Of a DNA stretch of 64,000 nt, positions 1 through 12,470 are shown in pieces. The notes below the pieces were generated by a model, which searched no databases, was not told the DNA's origin, and saw only the letters and a list, made by a program, of their open reading frames with translations. Within the stretch, counting starts at the first letter, position 1. Each line of letters opens with the position of its first letter. Position numbers and translations under genes: made by a program. The stretch covers positions 105,776,131 to 105,840,130 of the forward strand of contig NC_068987.1 in assembly GCF_001194135.2 (NCBI RefSeq), given 5' to 3'. Origin of the DNA: Octopus bimaculoides (Eukaryota).

Positions 1-39
<39 letters not shown>

Positions 40-903
40 GCATAAATACATACATATATATACAAAAAATATATATGTATATGCTTATATAAACGTATAT
101 ACATGCAAGTATTCACGAAATCATACAGAAAGTTTTTACTCTCTACAGTAAACTACTAGCGCCTCTATGCCATATAAAGCCGTTCGTCTATTTTAACATT
201 TTAATTTAATGACCAAAATCAAGGATCGTCCTATGCAGTCGTGAATATAAGATGAAACTAAAAGCTTTAATACAAAATGCTGAAACAACCGATATTCCAA
301 TGATAGTTAAATCGCAATTATCTTTTCTCATAGCGTATATATTCTATTTAATATTGAATATTTTAATTGTTGTTTATACAGATATATATATATATTATGT
401 AAAGATAAAAACTCATTATTTATGATATTAGCAATTATGCATAAAATTACGCTTTCAAAATTTCGGCTTGCTAAACGTGGCCAATTCATCCGTTCGAAAC
501 CTAGGCCGAGTATCAATAGTTGCGTTTGTCTCTTACACCGTTTGGCGCCTGCGTAGCAAATAGATGAATGATTCACTAACAACCATTGCGGATTTATGGC
601 AAGGCCATCTTGGTAAGTTATAACGTGGAAGATATTTATGCAATCGCAAGTGCTGCTGTGAATACGAATAGAAATATCATGCTATTTGCCATGTCATAAT
701 AAATAGGATATACAGTTATGGCTATGTATATAGGTATTCGCCTAGAAGTCTACATTTACAAGCGTGCACATACACGAAAGAATATACACATGTATACAAC
801 TACATACATAGACCCAAATCAATGATTATATTATACATCAGGTAGACCTGGCTACATAGATAATAAATTTATCATATACGTTTATGTGAGCGTGCGTGTT
901 AAT

Positions 904-940
<37 letters not shown>

Positions 941-1511
941 NNNNNNNNNNNNNNNNNNNNNNNNNNNNNNNNNNNNNNNNNNNNNNNNNNNNNNNNNNNN
1001 NNNNNNNNNNNNNNNNNNNNNNNNNNNNNNNNNNNNNNNNNNNNNNNNNNNNNNNNNNNNNNNNNNNNNNNNNNNNNNNNNNNNNNNNNNNNNNNNNNNN
1101 NNNNNNNNNNNNNNNNNNNNNNNNNNNNNNNNNNNNNNNNNNNNNNNNNNNNNNNNNNNNNNNNNNNNNNNNNNNNNNNNNNNNNNNNNNNNNNNNNNNN
1201 NNNNNNNNNNNNNNNNNNNNNNNNNNNNNNNNNNNNNNNNNNNNNNNNNNNNNNNNNNNNNNNNNNNNNNNNNNNNNNNNNNNNNNNNNNNNNNNNNNNN
1301 NNNNNNNNNNNNNNNNNNNNNNNNNNNNNNNNNNNNNNNNNNNNNNNNNNNNNNNNNNNNNNNNNNNNNNNNNNNNNNNNNNNNNNNNNNNNNNNNNNNN
1401 NNNNNNNNNNNNNNNNNNNNNNNNNNNNNNNNNNNNNNNNNNNNNNNNNNNNNNNNNNNNNNNNNNNNNNNNNNNNNNNNNNNNNNNNNNNNNNNNNNNN
1501 NNNNNNNNNNN

Positions 1512-1578
<67 letters not shown>

Positions 1579-1798
1579 GAGAGTACTATAGAATATACGA
1601 ATAGGTTTCTAGTCAACACTGCGTTGCACGAGTTGCGGCTGATTTGCCTCTACGATATGAATTCGGGAAAAAGAAGTGTGAGAAGCTTTTCACTCATTTC
1701 CCCTGTTTTTTTAAATTTTATTTTATGAGTCTTCGGCAACAGCTGTATAACAATCTTAACTACTGTCTATATATTACCTAATATTGGAAATTAAATTA

Positions 1799-1955
1799 AG
1801 GCAGAGTGCAGGCAGAATCGTGAGCACGTCTGACTTTAAGTCATGAGACCAAATTACGCCGATCGATAAAATAAGTATCAGTTGGACACTGGGAGTCAAT
1901 GTAATTGGCTTCCCCCTCCCCTAGAATACTGGCCTTGTACCGAAATTTGAAGCCA
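1799..1955 (+). mobile_element. SINE family A, internally deleted copy
   Basis: GGCAGAATCGTGAGCACG head plus GATAAAATAAGTATCAG...CTGGGAGTCAATGTAATT core and CCCCCTCCC...GGCCTTGTACC tail, matching other family A copies in the window. Confidence 0.7.
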
Positions 1956-2199
1956 CTAAATTCTTTGTCATGTTTAATAAATTTTTGGCTGCAAAAATCA
2001 ACGTTTCAATCGTTGTGTGTTCAGTGTTTCACTTCTTTACTATAACAATAGCAGAACATGTGTATTCGTTTTTATTCCTCACTGTGGTTACTAAACAAAT
2101 TCGTATGTGCAATATGTGAGCGGAGAGAAATGCGAGAACAGCTGCACATGTGCTTTGACTCGTATTGTAAAGGGCTGTGAAGAAGGAGAATAAAGACGA

Positions 2200-2400
2200 A
2201 AGGAATGAATTTTCATTTTCTTTAAATTCGAAAGAGTTAAGATGATAAGGAGGGAAACATTATGATGGAAGAAAGTTCCAAAGTCTGACAGTTCGAGGCA
2301 AAAAGACTATGACTGTAGAAAGACTTTCTTATTCAGGGAAACACAACGGCATTTAGGAGAAGACGCTGTGAATTTTGAATCAGGTAACATGGAACAAAGA
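2200..2400 (-). mobile_element. Decayed non-LTR retrotransposon (CR1/Jockey-like) ORF2 C-terminal remnant
   Basis: Minus-strand translation FLPRTVRLWNFLPS*CFPPYHLNSFEFK resembles the conserved FFPRTxRLWNSLP C-terminal motif of CR1/Jockey-group RT ORFs. Confidence 0.6.
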
Positions 2401-2869
2401 AAATTAATCAGAGTAAGAATATGACTTGCGACATTACATCAAGGGTTGAGGAATTGAAGCCTCGACACCTTGCCTAAAATAATTACAAGCTAATTTGCAT
2501 ATCATACGTTATTCAGTTACGTGATTAAGTGCTTAATGGGTATTTTTATGTATAAACAACGTGCATTAGAAAATCAAAGATGAATTAAATATATATAGTT
2601 TACACTTCATAACGCCAAACGTCAACGCACTAGAAATAAACGAATGTGAAAACCTCTTTGTACCCTTCTCAAGAGCAGAAAAATAAAGAGATTGCAAGAT
2701 GTGATTCATGGATGTCAAACCACTCATCAGACAAAAATATCTCTCACACTTCTACAACAAAATCAAAAGTCAATGAATGATGCCCTGTCTCTGCTTGCAA
2801 CCTGTCTTTCTGGAAATGATTGATAAATAAAAGTAAGGAAACGATATTCGATTATACCAATCACAGAAC

Positions 2870-3010
2870 CAGGCCGGTACATCACTTTATTGACGCCAGT
2901 GGCATGAAAGGCCAGCTTGACCTCAGTGGAATTTAAGCTCAGAGCACACAGGAAATGGAAAAAAAAATACTGTTATATATAAGTTCAACCCACTGACAAA
3001 TCTGCCATCT
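2870..3010 (-). mobile_element. SINE family A, degraded copy
   Basis: GGCATGAAAGGCCAGCTTGACCTCAGTGGAATTTAAGCTCAGA resembles the family A motif GGATGAAAGGCAAAGTCGACCTCGGCGGAATTTGAACTCAGA. Confidence 0.55.
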
Positions 3011-5044
3011 GTTTGCTTTCAAAAATAACAAAAATACTTCAAGCAAAATAATACAATACATGGGTAAACGAGAAAGTTTCTACAGGATTATTTCGCCTAC
3101 TAGAAATAAGAGCAAAATGGCATTCAAATCCCGTACTGTGACTGTCTTGTGAAAATTAAGGACATATTGAGCAGCCAGGTTCTGAATAGATAAGACGGCG
3201 AAAAGGCAAGAGTTAGTGTGTCGATCACGTAAGAATGTTTGACTAGATTTCAATAATGATATGAAGAACATATTAGGCGGGCAACAATGGCGACAATCGC
3301 AACAACAATAACATCTATAGAAAGGCACCGCATCAACGGATGAAACATGAAGTGAAACATCTAAATTTTACAAACAACCGTCTGTGCTAAATTGACCGTC
3401 CTAATACGGTAGACAACACTAGTAGTAAAAATAACTTCAGAAGCATTATATATATATACTTATACATATATGTATGTATATATATGTATATANNNNNNNN
3501 NNNNNNNNNNNNNNNNNNNNNNNNNNNNNNNNNNNNNNNNNNNNNNNNNNNNNNNNNNNNNNNNNNNNNNNNNNNNNNNNNNNNNNNNNNNNNNNNNNNN
3601 NNNNNNNNNNNNNNNNNNNNNNNNNNNNNNNNNNNNNNNNNNNNNNNNNNNNNNNNNNNNNNNNNNNNNNNNNNNNNNNNNNNNNNNNNNNNNNNNNNNN
3701 NNNNNNNNNNNNNNNNNNNNNNNNNNNNNNNNNNNNNNNNNNNNNNNNNNNNNNNNNNNNNNNNNNNNNNNNNNNNNNNNNNNNNNNNNNNNNNNNNNNN
3801 NNNNNNNNNNNNNNNNNNNNNNNNNNNNNNNNNNNNNNNNNNNNNNNNNNNNNNNNNNNNNNNNNNNNNNNNNNNNNNNNNNNNNNNNNNNNNNNNNNNN
3901 NNNNNNNNNNNNNNNNNNNNNNNNNNNNNNNNNNNNNNNNNNNNNNNNNNNNNNNNNNNNNNNNNNNNNNNNNNNNNNNNNNNNNNNNNNNNNNNNNNNN
4001 NNNNNNNNNNNNNNNNNNNNNNNNNNNNNNNNNNNNNNNNNNNNNNNNNNNNNNNNNNNNNNNNNNNNNNNATATATATATAAATATGTATATATACATA
4101 TGTATGTATATATAAGTATTTATATGTATATATGCATATATATATATATATGGGTATTGTATACCCATATACATATACGTAAATGTATTTGTATGTATAT
4201 ATGTATTTATATATTCACATATATGTAATATACATATGTATATTTAGATATAAGAAAAATACACACTCATTTAAATGCATATACATATAACCACCCCTGT
4301 GTATATATCCATACATAAATACATATGTATGTATAGAACACAGCTGGTGTTCTCGATTGAGAAAGTGCTAATATAAGTGTAAACCTAAATTTAAGTTCAT
4401 ATATCTATGTATAAATAGATAGATAGATAGATAGGTAGATACAGATATAGCTCCAAACGCAGAGAAATACAGATCAGACGGAGAATTAACTTCGGTAAAG
4501 AGAGATAGAATTAAAATAATGAAAGTAGAAATTAGAATTAATAGAAAGAGAAGTCGAGAGGGGATTATAAAAAGTTTTTTCTTTTTTTAAACAATATTAT
4601 ATTATAAAGTCGGAAAACAAATTAAGTGTGAATCCAGTTATTTTTCATAAAAATTCTCCATTAGAGTTTTGTTCGCTAAATTACGCAATACCACTACTCA
4701 ATGGCGTTCGTGTTGCTTTATACAACCAATTCCATACGATCTTCAATATGAACTATTTTAAACTTGGTATTATTTAATTCGTTTCATTTTTGGATGTTTT
4801 CGTTTTAGCTTTTTTTTTGTTATTTTTTTTTCGTTGAGCGAGTAAATTTCTGTCTTATTTCATCGTTCTATAGATGGTGCGAGTGTCTGGATGCAAACAC
4901 TCGGAAACTATAATGTGGTGGTCACAAATGGAATGCCTTCAATATTCAGTTCAGCAGTTCTTCATTTGATTTATCCACATTCACGCTACGGACTCGTTTG
5001 AGTTCTTATTCTTTTTCGTTTAATTGATTTTATTATTTCTATAT

Positions 5045-5770
5045 TTTCCATATTTCAATTATTTGTCTGCGACCATGCTGGGGCACCGATTTCAAGCTTT
5101 TGGTTGCACAAACTGAGACCAGTAGTTATCTTTTAAACCTGGCACTTATTCTATCTTTCTATTTTGCCGAATCTCTAGGTTAGAGAAGACCCCCTTCGGT
5201 CACGAATGACCATGGGGTTGCACCTAGAAAGTTACCCTCCGATGCACAAGTCCGAGCAAAGTTCTTTATGGAAGGCCAGCAGTCACCCATGCATACCAGC
5301 CTCCCCTCTCCACGCCACTGATGTTATCCAAGGGAAAGGCAAAGGGGCCGATACAGCTTGGCAACTGTGATGTCGCAACTCATTTCTACAACTGAGTTAA
5401 CGTGAAATAAAGTGTCTTGCTCAAGAGCAAAACATGCAGTCCGGTTCAGGAATCGAACTCAGAACTTCACGATCATAAGGTCGACGCTCTAACCACTGAG
5501 CCATGCGCCTTCACTCTCTAGGTTACGGAGACGTAAATAAGCCAACAACGACAGCGAAGCAGTGGTGGAATAGAAACACAACATAAGTACAAAAACAAAC
5601 ACAGGCACACACAAACATATACGACGGGCTTCTTTCAGTTTCCGTCGGTCAAATGCACTCACAAGGTTTTGCCAGCCCGGGGATATAGTAGAAGACACCT
5701 GCCTCAAGTGCTATGCAGTGGGACTGAACCTAATACCACAGAGTGGGAAAGTAAGCTTCTCAACCTGCAC
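5045..5770 (-). mobile_element. SINE family C (tRNA head, CORE-like segment, internal microsatellite), split by a nested family D insertion
   Basis: 5045-5182 and 5515-5770 are colinear with the intact family C copy at 55552-56052 once 5183-5514 and one TSD copy are removed. Confidence 0.8.
5183..5514 (-). mobile_element. SINE family D, full-length, with 11-bp TSD
   Basis: Minus strand begins GTGAAGGCGCATGGCTCAGTGGTTAGAGCG (A box), then GAGTTCGATTCC (B box) and CORE-like CTTGAGCAAGACACTTTA; flanked by TCTCTAGGTTA at 5172-5182 and 5515-5525. Confidence 0.9.
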
Positions 5771-5979
5771 ATCGGAATTATGCAAAATATACCGGACGAT
5801 AATTATTCGTAATTCTGTTTCTGTATACAGAAATCTTTTGCCAACTGATCAAGCAGCTTGAATTGAGTAATTTATAGAAAACGGATGAAGTTATGCAGAC
5901 CGAAACTGGTTGTTACTCATCCTTCCCATAGTAACAAAGACCATGGTATCGCTCCCATACACCTATAAATTATCATATG

Positions 5980-6130
5980 CTTTTACTCTTTTAATTGTTT
6001 CAGCCATCGAACAAACCGATCCCAGGTCTCAATTTTTGCCGAACTGCAAAGTTACGGGGACGTAAACACACCAACACGGGCTGTCAATTGGTGATGTGGG
6101 TTGGGAAAAACACAGACACAGACACACATG
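5980..6130 (-). mobile_element. SINE family C, 3' half fragment
   Basis: TTTTGCCGAACTGCAAAGTTACGGGGACGTAAACACACCAAC matches the family C tail. Confidence 0.7.
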
Positions 6131-6351
6131 CATAAACTTTTANNNNNNNNNNCTAGCTTAAATTCTGCTCACACATACATATATATGTATGTATGTGTGA
6201 GCAGAATTTAATTTCTTATTATAGGCTATGACTGAGCAGTTCGAAATAGAAAAAATCCACTATCATACTCTTGCTGTACCTTAATGTCAGATAAATGTCA
6301 TTTAATTTAATATAGTGCTGGTCATATTCTGCAAGCCCTGGGAGATCTCAC

Positions 6352-6435
6352 CATATTTATATCGCTTCCAAGTTGTCCTGATGTGAAACACCTTCAGTAC
6401 AGTATCGAAGGTAGATAGTGATGTGGTATAGCCGG
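6352..6435 (-). CDS. Candidate internal exon of unidentified minus-strand gene (84 nt, phase 1-1)
   Basis: Acceptor ggattctccag, donor ATG|gtgaga; open frame GYTTSLSTFDTVLKVFHIRTTWKRYKY; lies in a GC-richer non-repeat island; no homology recognised. Confidence 0.2.
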
Positions 6436-8985
6436 CTGGAGAATCCACGTAGTCTCATCTGTAAAGCTGTCGTGGTCATCCTGGGCTGTACAGACAACAT
6501 GGGCGCCATTGGGGGAGGGCACATGAATCTGGGTGCAGTAGCTTCCGTTTCAACACACAAGTCACCATTAGGGATAAAGTGGGTTTTGTTGATAAAGGTG
6601 GTTTTTCATGTGTCTTGTTCAATGTGGGAATTGATTTTTATTTTACGAGTGTTATGTTATATTTTCATTGTATGTGTTTTTTTCTTATATTTTCTTCTAT
6701 TCCCGGTTGCATGGCGTTTCCTATGTATATAAGTGTACATATAGATATAACGTCTTCCATTTATTTAGGTAATAGAATTTATATCTCAGTCCGTGGTGTT
6801 TATTGTGAGTCTTTCATATTACAGTTATTCATCACATGAGTATAAACCGTGGTTTTGACTGCATTAATTAGTACCAAGTCATACATACGTTAACATTTAT
6901 AATTTTATTTGCTATGTTTATGCAACCGAAATCTTCTTTCATCAATTTAACAGCGGTATCTTTGCAAATATCTCAGTTCTTGACGTATGTGGCCAAATTA
7001 TAACGGATAAATTATAATTTAACCTTTTCATTTGGATAGAAACATCAAAACCTAATGAGAAATTAGGACAGATTTAAGAGCTAAATTGTCAATACTTAAT
7101 GTAGCAATGAGAAATATCACTTTTGAAATAACTGTTCGACCCGCTTAACCTCGCTTTGTTTATCTGTTTCGCAAACTAAACGTTTTGGATATATTGATTT
7201 CAAATTTTCGTTTTTATGTGCCATGTGCTAAATTTAGTTTGTAGTTATTATAATTTAATCTCTGTTTAGCATTGATCGAACAATCTATGATAATGAGAGA
7301 CGTTCCATCCCAGACAATCCGGACAATGTCTCCTTCTTTTTAGAGAAAGGAGAGAGTGAGTTTAACATTATTTTGACTGCTATTGCTAGCAAATATTTTA
7401 AGACATATAAGATTCTCGCTGTTTCGGGATTTCCTTGTGTATCCAAGTACATTTTGTTTATTATTATATGTCCTCATATACATATTAAGCCCGCAAACAT
7501 TTCTTCCAGACAGGAATACAAAACCTTTATTCATGAAGTCACAGTCTTTCTAAATTGTATATTAGTATATCTCAGAAATCCTTTTAATTTTATGGCAGCT
7601 ATATTTACTTGACGTCAGTCTTAGTTCTACAAGTTTATTGTCTTTTGTAGCCTTAAAAGCTGTTTAGGAGTAACAATGTATTTACTATGATGGCTTCATG
7701 CATGATGAGACTGTCAAGAAGTTGGTCTCATAATCACGAGATCTCGATGTCGATCCAATTGCACAGGATCTCGAAGAAACCTCATCCACCATAATTTAGC
7801 GTAGAAACAAAACACATGACGGTAATTCTGTGGAATGAAAAGCATTTGGTGGAATATATACTTGTATATCTGTAACTCAAAGGACCAGTTTGCCAAGCAT
7901 ATAATTATGCTTAGTGTGTCTGAGTATTATGTTAAGTGTCAGGAGAATGTTTATTCATTAACACAGTAACACAATGACTTATAAATTCTTGTTGAGATCT
8001 AATTGTCCCTATTAGGAGTTCCTCGCTAGACATTTTTCCAGGCGACTGTTCTGGAATACGTCATTCCACTTTTGTAAGTCCGCCTGTTACAACTCGTGGG
8101 TGTTGTACTGTAAACATTTATACTACTTTTATTTGTGCTATTGTATTAGTGGTGGTATTGATAATTTACTGATGCTTTTTTCGTTTTCATTGCTCATCCT
8201 GAATTAGGTGGATAAACAGACAGAAAGCTTTGTGATTTGTTTCAGGGCGACGTCTCAAGATGTTTGCTTTGTAATAACTAAGTGACAAACGGCACAGATA
8301 AAGCACAAAGGCTCTCTCTTATTTTATTCATTTTTTTCTTGAAATATGGTATATCTTGGACATTATTGAAGGTGATTTTGGTTTTTGAAGGAAGAGGTTT
8401 TCAAGTCAAGCGAATAATGACTACAAATTCTTATAGATCGAGAGTTTGAAAGGTATTTTTTTCAGGTATCAAACATAGGTTAAATGCAGAAAGATAGTCT
8501 GGTAGTTGTTTGTTTATATGAAAAGAAATTTATTAGTATTGATTGTATCATAAATTATTCTATATATTTCATGAGATGAACGAACATAAATTATGTTATT
8601 AAGATATGTAGAAAAATAGCAGACTCATAAAAAAATTAATGAGTTCATTATTTTATATGTATTTTATTTTTTCGTTATGTTTTAATTTTCGCAATATTTT
8701 AATTTTCCTTTTTTTATTTTTCTTCTTATTGATTTAATATTTTGGTCGTTTCTCTAATTATCAGCCGATGTTATTAATGCATTGCGAGATGTTTCTATTT
8801 GGATGTGGATATATATCCAAAGTAATATTCACTATTGAACTTAATTGCCTTGTTTAAAAGTAAATGAAAGTGTCCTTGTGTATGAAACCTATACGAGCAT
8901 GAAGGTGGATCAGAGAAAGTGGGTCTAACCAACATTGTGCAGTGTAAAGTTAGATCCAAAGTGACCAGAAAATGTAGGGTGCTGA

Positions 8986-9287
8986 GTGGAGGCGCAATGG
9001 CCCAGTGGTTAGGGCAGCGGACTCGCGGTCATAGGATCGCGGTTTCGATTCCCAGACGGGCGCTGTGAGTGTTTATTGAGCGAAAACACCTAAAGCTCCA
9101 CGAGGCTCCGGCAGGGGATGGTGGCGAACCCTGCTGTACTCTTTCACCACAACTTTCTCTCACTCTTACTTCCTGTTTCTGTTGTGCCTGTAATTCAAAG
9201 GGTCAGCCTTGTCACACTGTCATGCTGAATATCCCCGAGAACTACGTTAAGGTACACGTGTCTGTGGAGTGCTCAGCCACTTGCACG
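8986..9287 (+). mobile_element. SINE family B (tRNA-like head), 3' end lost in gap
   Basis: GGAGGCGCAATGGCCCAGTGGTTAGGGCAGCGGACTCGCGGTC...GGTTTCGATTCCC; near-identical to 21952-22334 and 41043-41434. Confidence 0.9.
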
Positions 9288-9719
9288 NNNNNNNNNNNNN
9301 NNNNNNNNNNNNNNNNNNNNNNNNNNNNNNNNNNNNNNNNNNNNNNNNNNNNNNNNNNNNNNNNNNNNNNNNNNNNNNNNNNNNNNNNNNNNNNNNNNNN
9401 NNNNNNNNNNNNNNNNNNNNNNNNNNNNNNNNNNNNNNNNNNNNNNNNNNNNNNNNNNNNNNNNNNNNNNNNNNNNNNNNNNNNNNNNNNNNNNNNNNNN
9501 NNNNNNNNNNNNNNNNNNNNNNNNNNNNNNNNNNNNNNNNNNNNNNNNNNNNNNNNNNNNNNNNNNNNNNNNNNNNNNNNNNNNNNNNNNNNNNNNNNNN
9601 NNNNNNNNNNNNNNNNNNNNNNNNNNNNNNNNNNNNNNNNNNNNNNNNNNNNNNNNAAGCGTTTTGTCCGGCGTGGTAACGATTATGCGAGCCCGTTACT
9701 TGGAGATATATTATAGCAA

Positions 9720-9931
9720 TGATTTCAAATTTTAGCGCAAGACCAACAGTTTCATGGGAGGGGTAAGTCGATTACATCGACCCCAGTGTTCAATTGGTAC
9801 TTATTTTATCGACCTCGAAAGGGTATGAAGCAAAGTCGACCTCGCGGAATTTGAACTGAGAACGTAAAGACAGACAAAATACTGCTAAGCATTTCGCCCG
9901 GCGTGCTAACGTTTCTGCCAGCTCACTATCT
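9720..9931 (-). mobile_element. SINE family A
   Basis: GTCGATTACATCGACCCCAGTG...GGAATTTGAACTGAGAACG...GCTAACGTTTCTGCCAGCTC. Confidence 0.85.
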
Positions 9932-10091
9932 TGAAATATATTATAATATTGTCACAAGATGTTTAAGGTACGCGCTGCGAAGCTGTTTTATTCTAGTAGA
10001 CGGTAATTGCATTACTTTTGACTTTTGCTTTGAATAATATCCATTTTAGCACTAAGAGGTGAACATGGTGGAAGTACTGAGGGAGCTGTCC

Positions 10092-10144
<53 letters not shown>

Positions 10145-10562
10145 TACATATCGAAAAATTCTTTTATACCTTGTTCAGTTATTATTTTATACTGGTATAA
10201 TTATGTATTCATGTGAATCCCATACTGTTTTTGTATTCGTTCACATTTTTTAATAAAGGAAATCCTAGAGCCACAATTATTGATACTTTGTTTCATACTC
10301 CCCATTCTGCTAATTTCCATTTCAAGATCATCTTTTTTCTTCTTTTTAAGAAGGTAAAGAATAAATAAACTGCAACTCTATTATTGAATATGATAGGTTG
10401 GTTTTCTTTGATATGATTATCAATCTTATCAGGCAACGTTGCAGATTACCGTGCTGAATTCCGTACAATGCATTTACTTCTTTTTAATTCTAAATCTATC
10501 TTCATACTAATATCACTGCTGAATAAATTACGAGATTTTTGCAGCTTCAAGTAATAGAAGTC

Positions 10563-10618
<56 letters not shown>

Positions 10619-10755
10619 GGTAATAGTAATAGTAGGAGGAGGAGGAGGGAAACATTTCTAAGCTATTTTTCTACGTTTACACGGGTCATGTAGCAAACAC
10701 AAATACTCAAGGCATATATACACGCACACACACATTAAAGCATATGTTTATAAAG

Positions 10756-10797
<42 letters not shown>

Positions 10798-10801
10798 CCG
10801 T

Positions 10802-10847
<46 letters not shown>

Positions 10848-10850
<3 letters not shown>

Positions 10851-11035
10851 TCAAATTTACAGAAAACAAAAGACGAAGACAGGTGTAGGAACAAGAAGCA
10901 GGTGTATTAGTTTAACGCTCTGGAAAGAATGGAAAAGTCTTTTACGTTTCAAGCCTACGCTCTTCGTCAGAAAGGATTAGGAGGAACAAAAATGGGGAGA
11001 GAATGAAAAACGGTCCAATATGGTAAGATGACTGG
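10848..11035 (-). mobile_element. Repeat family F: PLE-terminal-repeat-like element carrying a hammerhead motif
   Basis: Second copy at 44111-44290 starts at the same AGT(T/C)CAAATTTA(C/T)AGAAAACAAAAGACGAAGAC point; contains CTGACGAAGAGCGTAGGCTTGAAACGTA on the minus strand. Confidence 0.7.
10939..10974 (-). ncRNA. Minimal type I hammerhead ribozyme motif (family F)
   Basis: CUUU-CUGACGA-A-GAGC(GUAG)GCUU-GAAAC-GUA-AAAG: stem I CUUU/AAAG, 4-bp stem II with closing G.U, palindromic ACGU stem III, GUA cleavage triplet. Confidence 0.6.
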
Positions 11036-11069
11036 AAAAAAAGAGGCTGATTGAAAGGGAGATAATAAT

Positions 11070-11102
<33 letters not shown>

Positions 11103-11254
11103 AATAATAATAATAATAATAACGATAATAATAATCGTATTTTCATTAACTTCTTTTAGGTGTCCGGAGTAGGGTGATGTTTATTTTCATCGCCTTTTTA
11201 ATTCCTTCATTAATTAATCTTAAGGGGTATTTCTGCATTGTGAGAAAACCTTTG

Positions 11255-11372
11255 AGTTCGTTGAGAACGAATGGTAAAATCGGCCGAAGCGGAATTTGAA
11301 CTCAGAACTTGAAGACGGACAAAATGCCGCTAAGTATTTTGCTAGGCAAGCTAACGATTCTGCCAGCTTGTG
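11255..11372 (-). mobile_element. SINE family A, 5' half
   Basis: GCGGAATTTGAACTCAGAAC...GCTAAGTATTTTGCTAGGCAAGCTAACGATTCTGCCAGCT. Confidence 0.75.
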
Positions 11373-12061
11373 GTCTTTACCTTGCTTATGTATATTGATA
11401 CGCGTATATACTGTGCCAGACCTTATGTAAAACACATTATACAATAAGTTCTTATTTTGTTTAAAATAAGGTAGCTACAACGAAGAAACCAGGTAGTTTC
11501 ACTGTCATTTCTAGGAGAGCTAGTGACCAGTTAGTTGTTTGTCGGTAAAGCAAAATATAAATAAACAAACCATAAATGCAATATTGCGTTGACTTTTAGA
11601 TTTTCTCTGAAATGATTATTTGATTGACCGATTGCCATTTCAAATACGGGACAGGAGGAAAATAAGAATGTCATTAGGTTGAAGATGGTCTGGCCTTCAT
11701 TTTTTTAATCCTATATTCTTCGCTGGACCACTGTGTTTATGTGGGCTTGGCGGGATACATATGTGTATGAGTGTTTATATGTACTTATGCATAGCAGTTT
11801 ATGTCTCTTTCTCATTTTCTCTCTCTCTTACGCACACACGCACGCACACACACACGCACGCACGCACACACACACATACACACACACACACATACTCACT
11901 CTGTCTATGTACGTATTATTTATCTATTTACACACAGATACACCCACCCGATCAGACACACCCACCTGACCAGACGCACTCACCCAGCCGCGAAACGTTT
12001 TCCCACGAGAGTTCCGGACCCCAATAATGAATTCATTTGCATACAGTCAATCAGAGCTCAC

Positions 12062-12093
12062 CTTGGTCTTGTTGTCAAGTTAACAAACACATT
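12062..12093 (-). CDS. Candidate micro-exon (32 nt, phase 0-2) of unidentified minus-strand gene
   Basis: Pyrimidine-rich acceptor ttcttcgtctttttacttggtag, donor AAG|gtgagc; only one frame open: NVFVNLTTRP(R/S). Confidence 0.25.
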
Positions 12094-12329
12094 CTACCAA
12101 GTAAAAAGACGAAGAACGGTGTTGTAAGTCGACCGATCGCCAAGTTATGCCTGATTTTAGAAGGGGACATGTAATTAGATAGATTTGCATCTATACGTAT
12201 TATCGGATTTTGTTAGGGCCCCATATGGTAAAGATGTGGATGAGAAAAATATGGGTAGAGGGTGATGTGCAAGCAACCCTCTCCCCTTACTGTTTTAAAA
12301 AGTAAACAACAACACAAATAACTACGCAG

Positions 12330-12470
12330 AGGCAGCCATGGTTGAAACAACAACAAGAACAATAACCGGGTTCAGTTCCAATGTGCAAGTATCTCCTACT
12401 ATAGCTTCTGACTGACGACAGACTTGTTAGTAGATTTCGCAGATGGAAACGGAAAGAAGCTCGTCTTATA
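12330..12470 (+). mobile_element. SINE family C, degraded 5' half
   Basis: CCGGGTTCAGTTCCAATGTGCAAGTATCTCCTACTATAGC...GGAAACGGAAAGAAGCTCGTC followed by (TA)n. Confidence 0.6.

Noticed and set aside
2690-2735. Minus-strand CUGAUGA-GUGG..CCAU-GAAUCACAUC hammerhead-like string
   Set aside because: A15.1 is lost and no stem I pairing exists; at best a dead relic.
5878-5915. CGGAUGAAG...ACCGAAACUGGUU hammerhead-like string
   Set aside because: Core mutated and stems I and II do not pair convincingly.
8986-9060. tRNA-like sequences at SINE heads (also 41043, 22260-22334, 5440-5514, 45665-45742)
   Set aside because: A and B boxes are present, but there is no complete cloverleaf with acceptor stem, and each continues into a SINE body.
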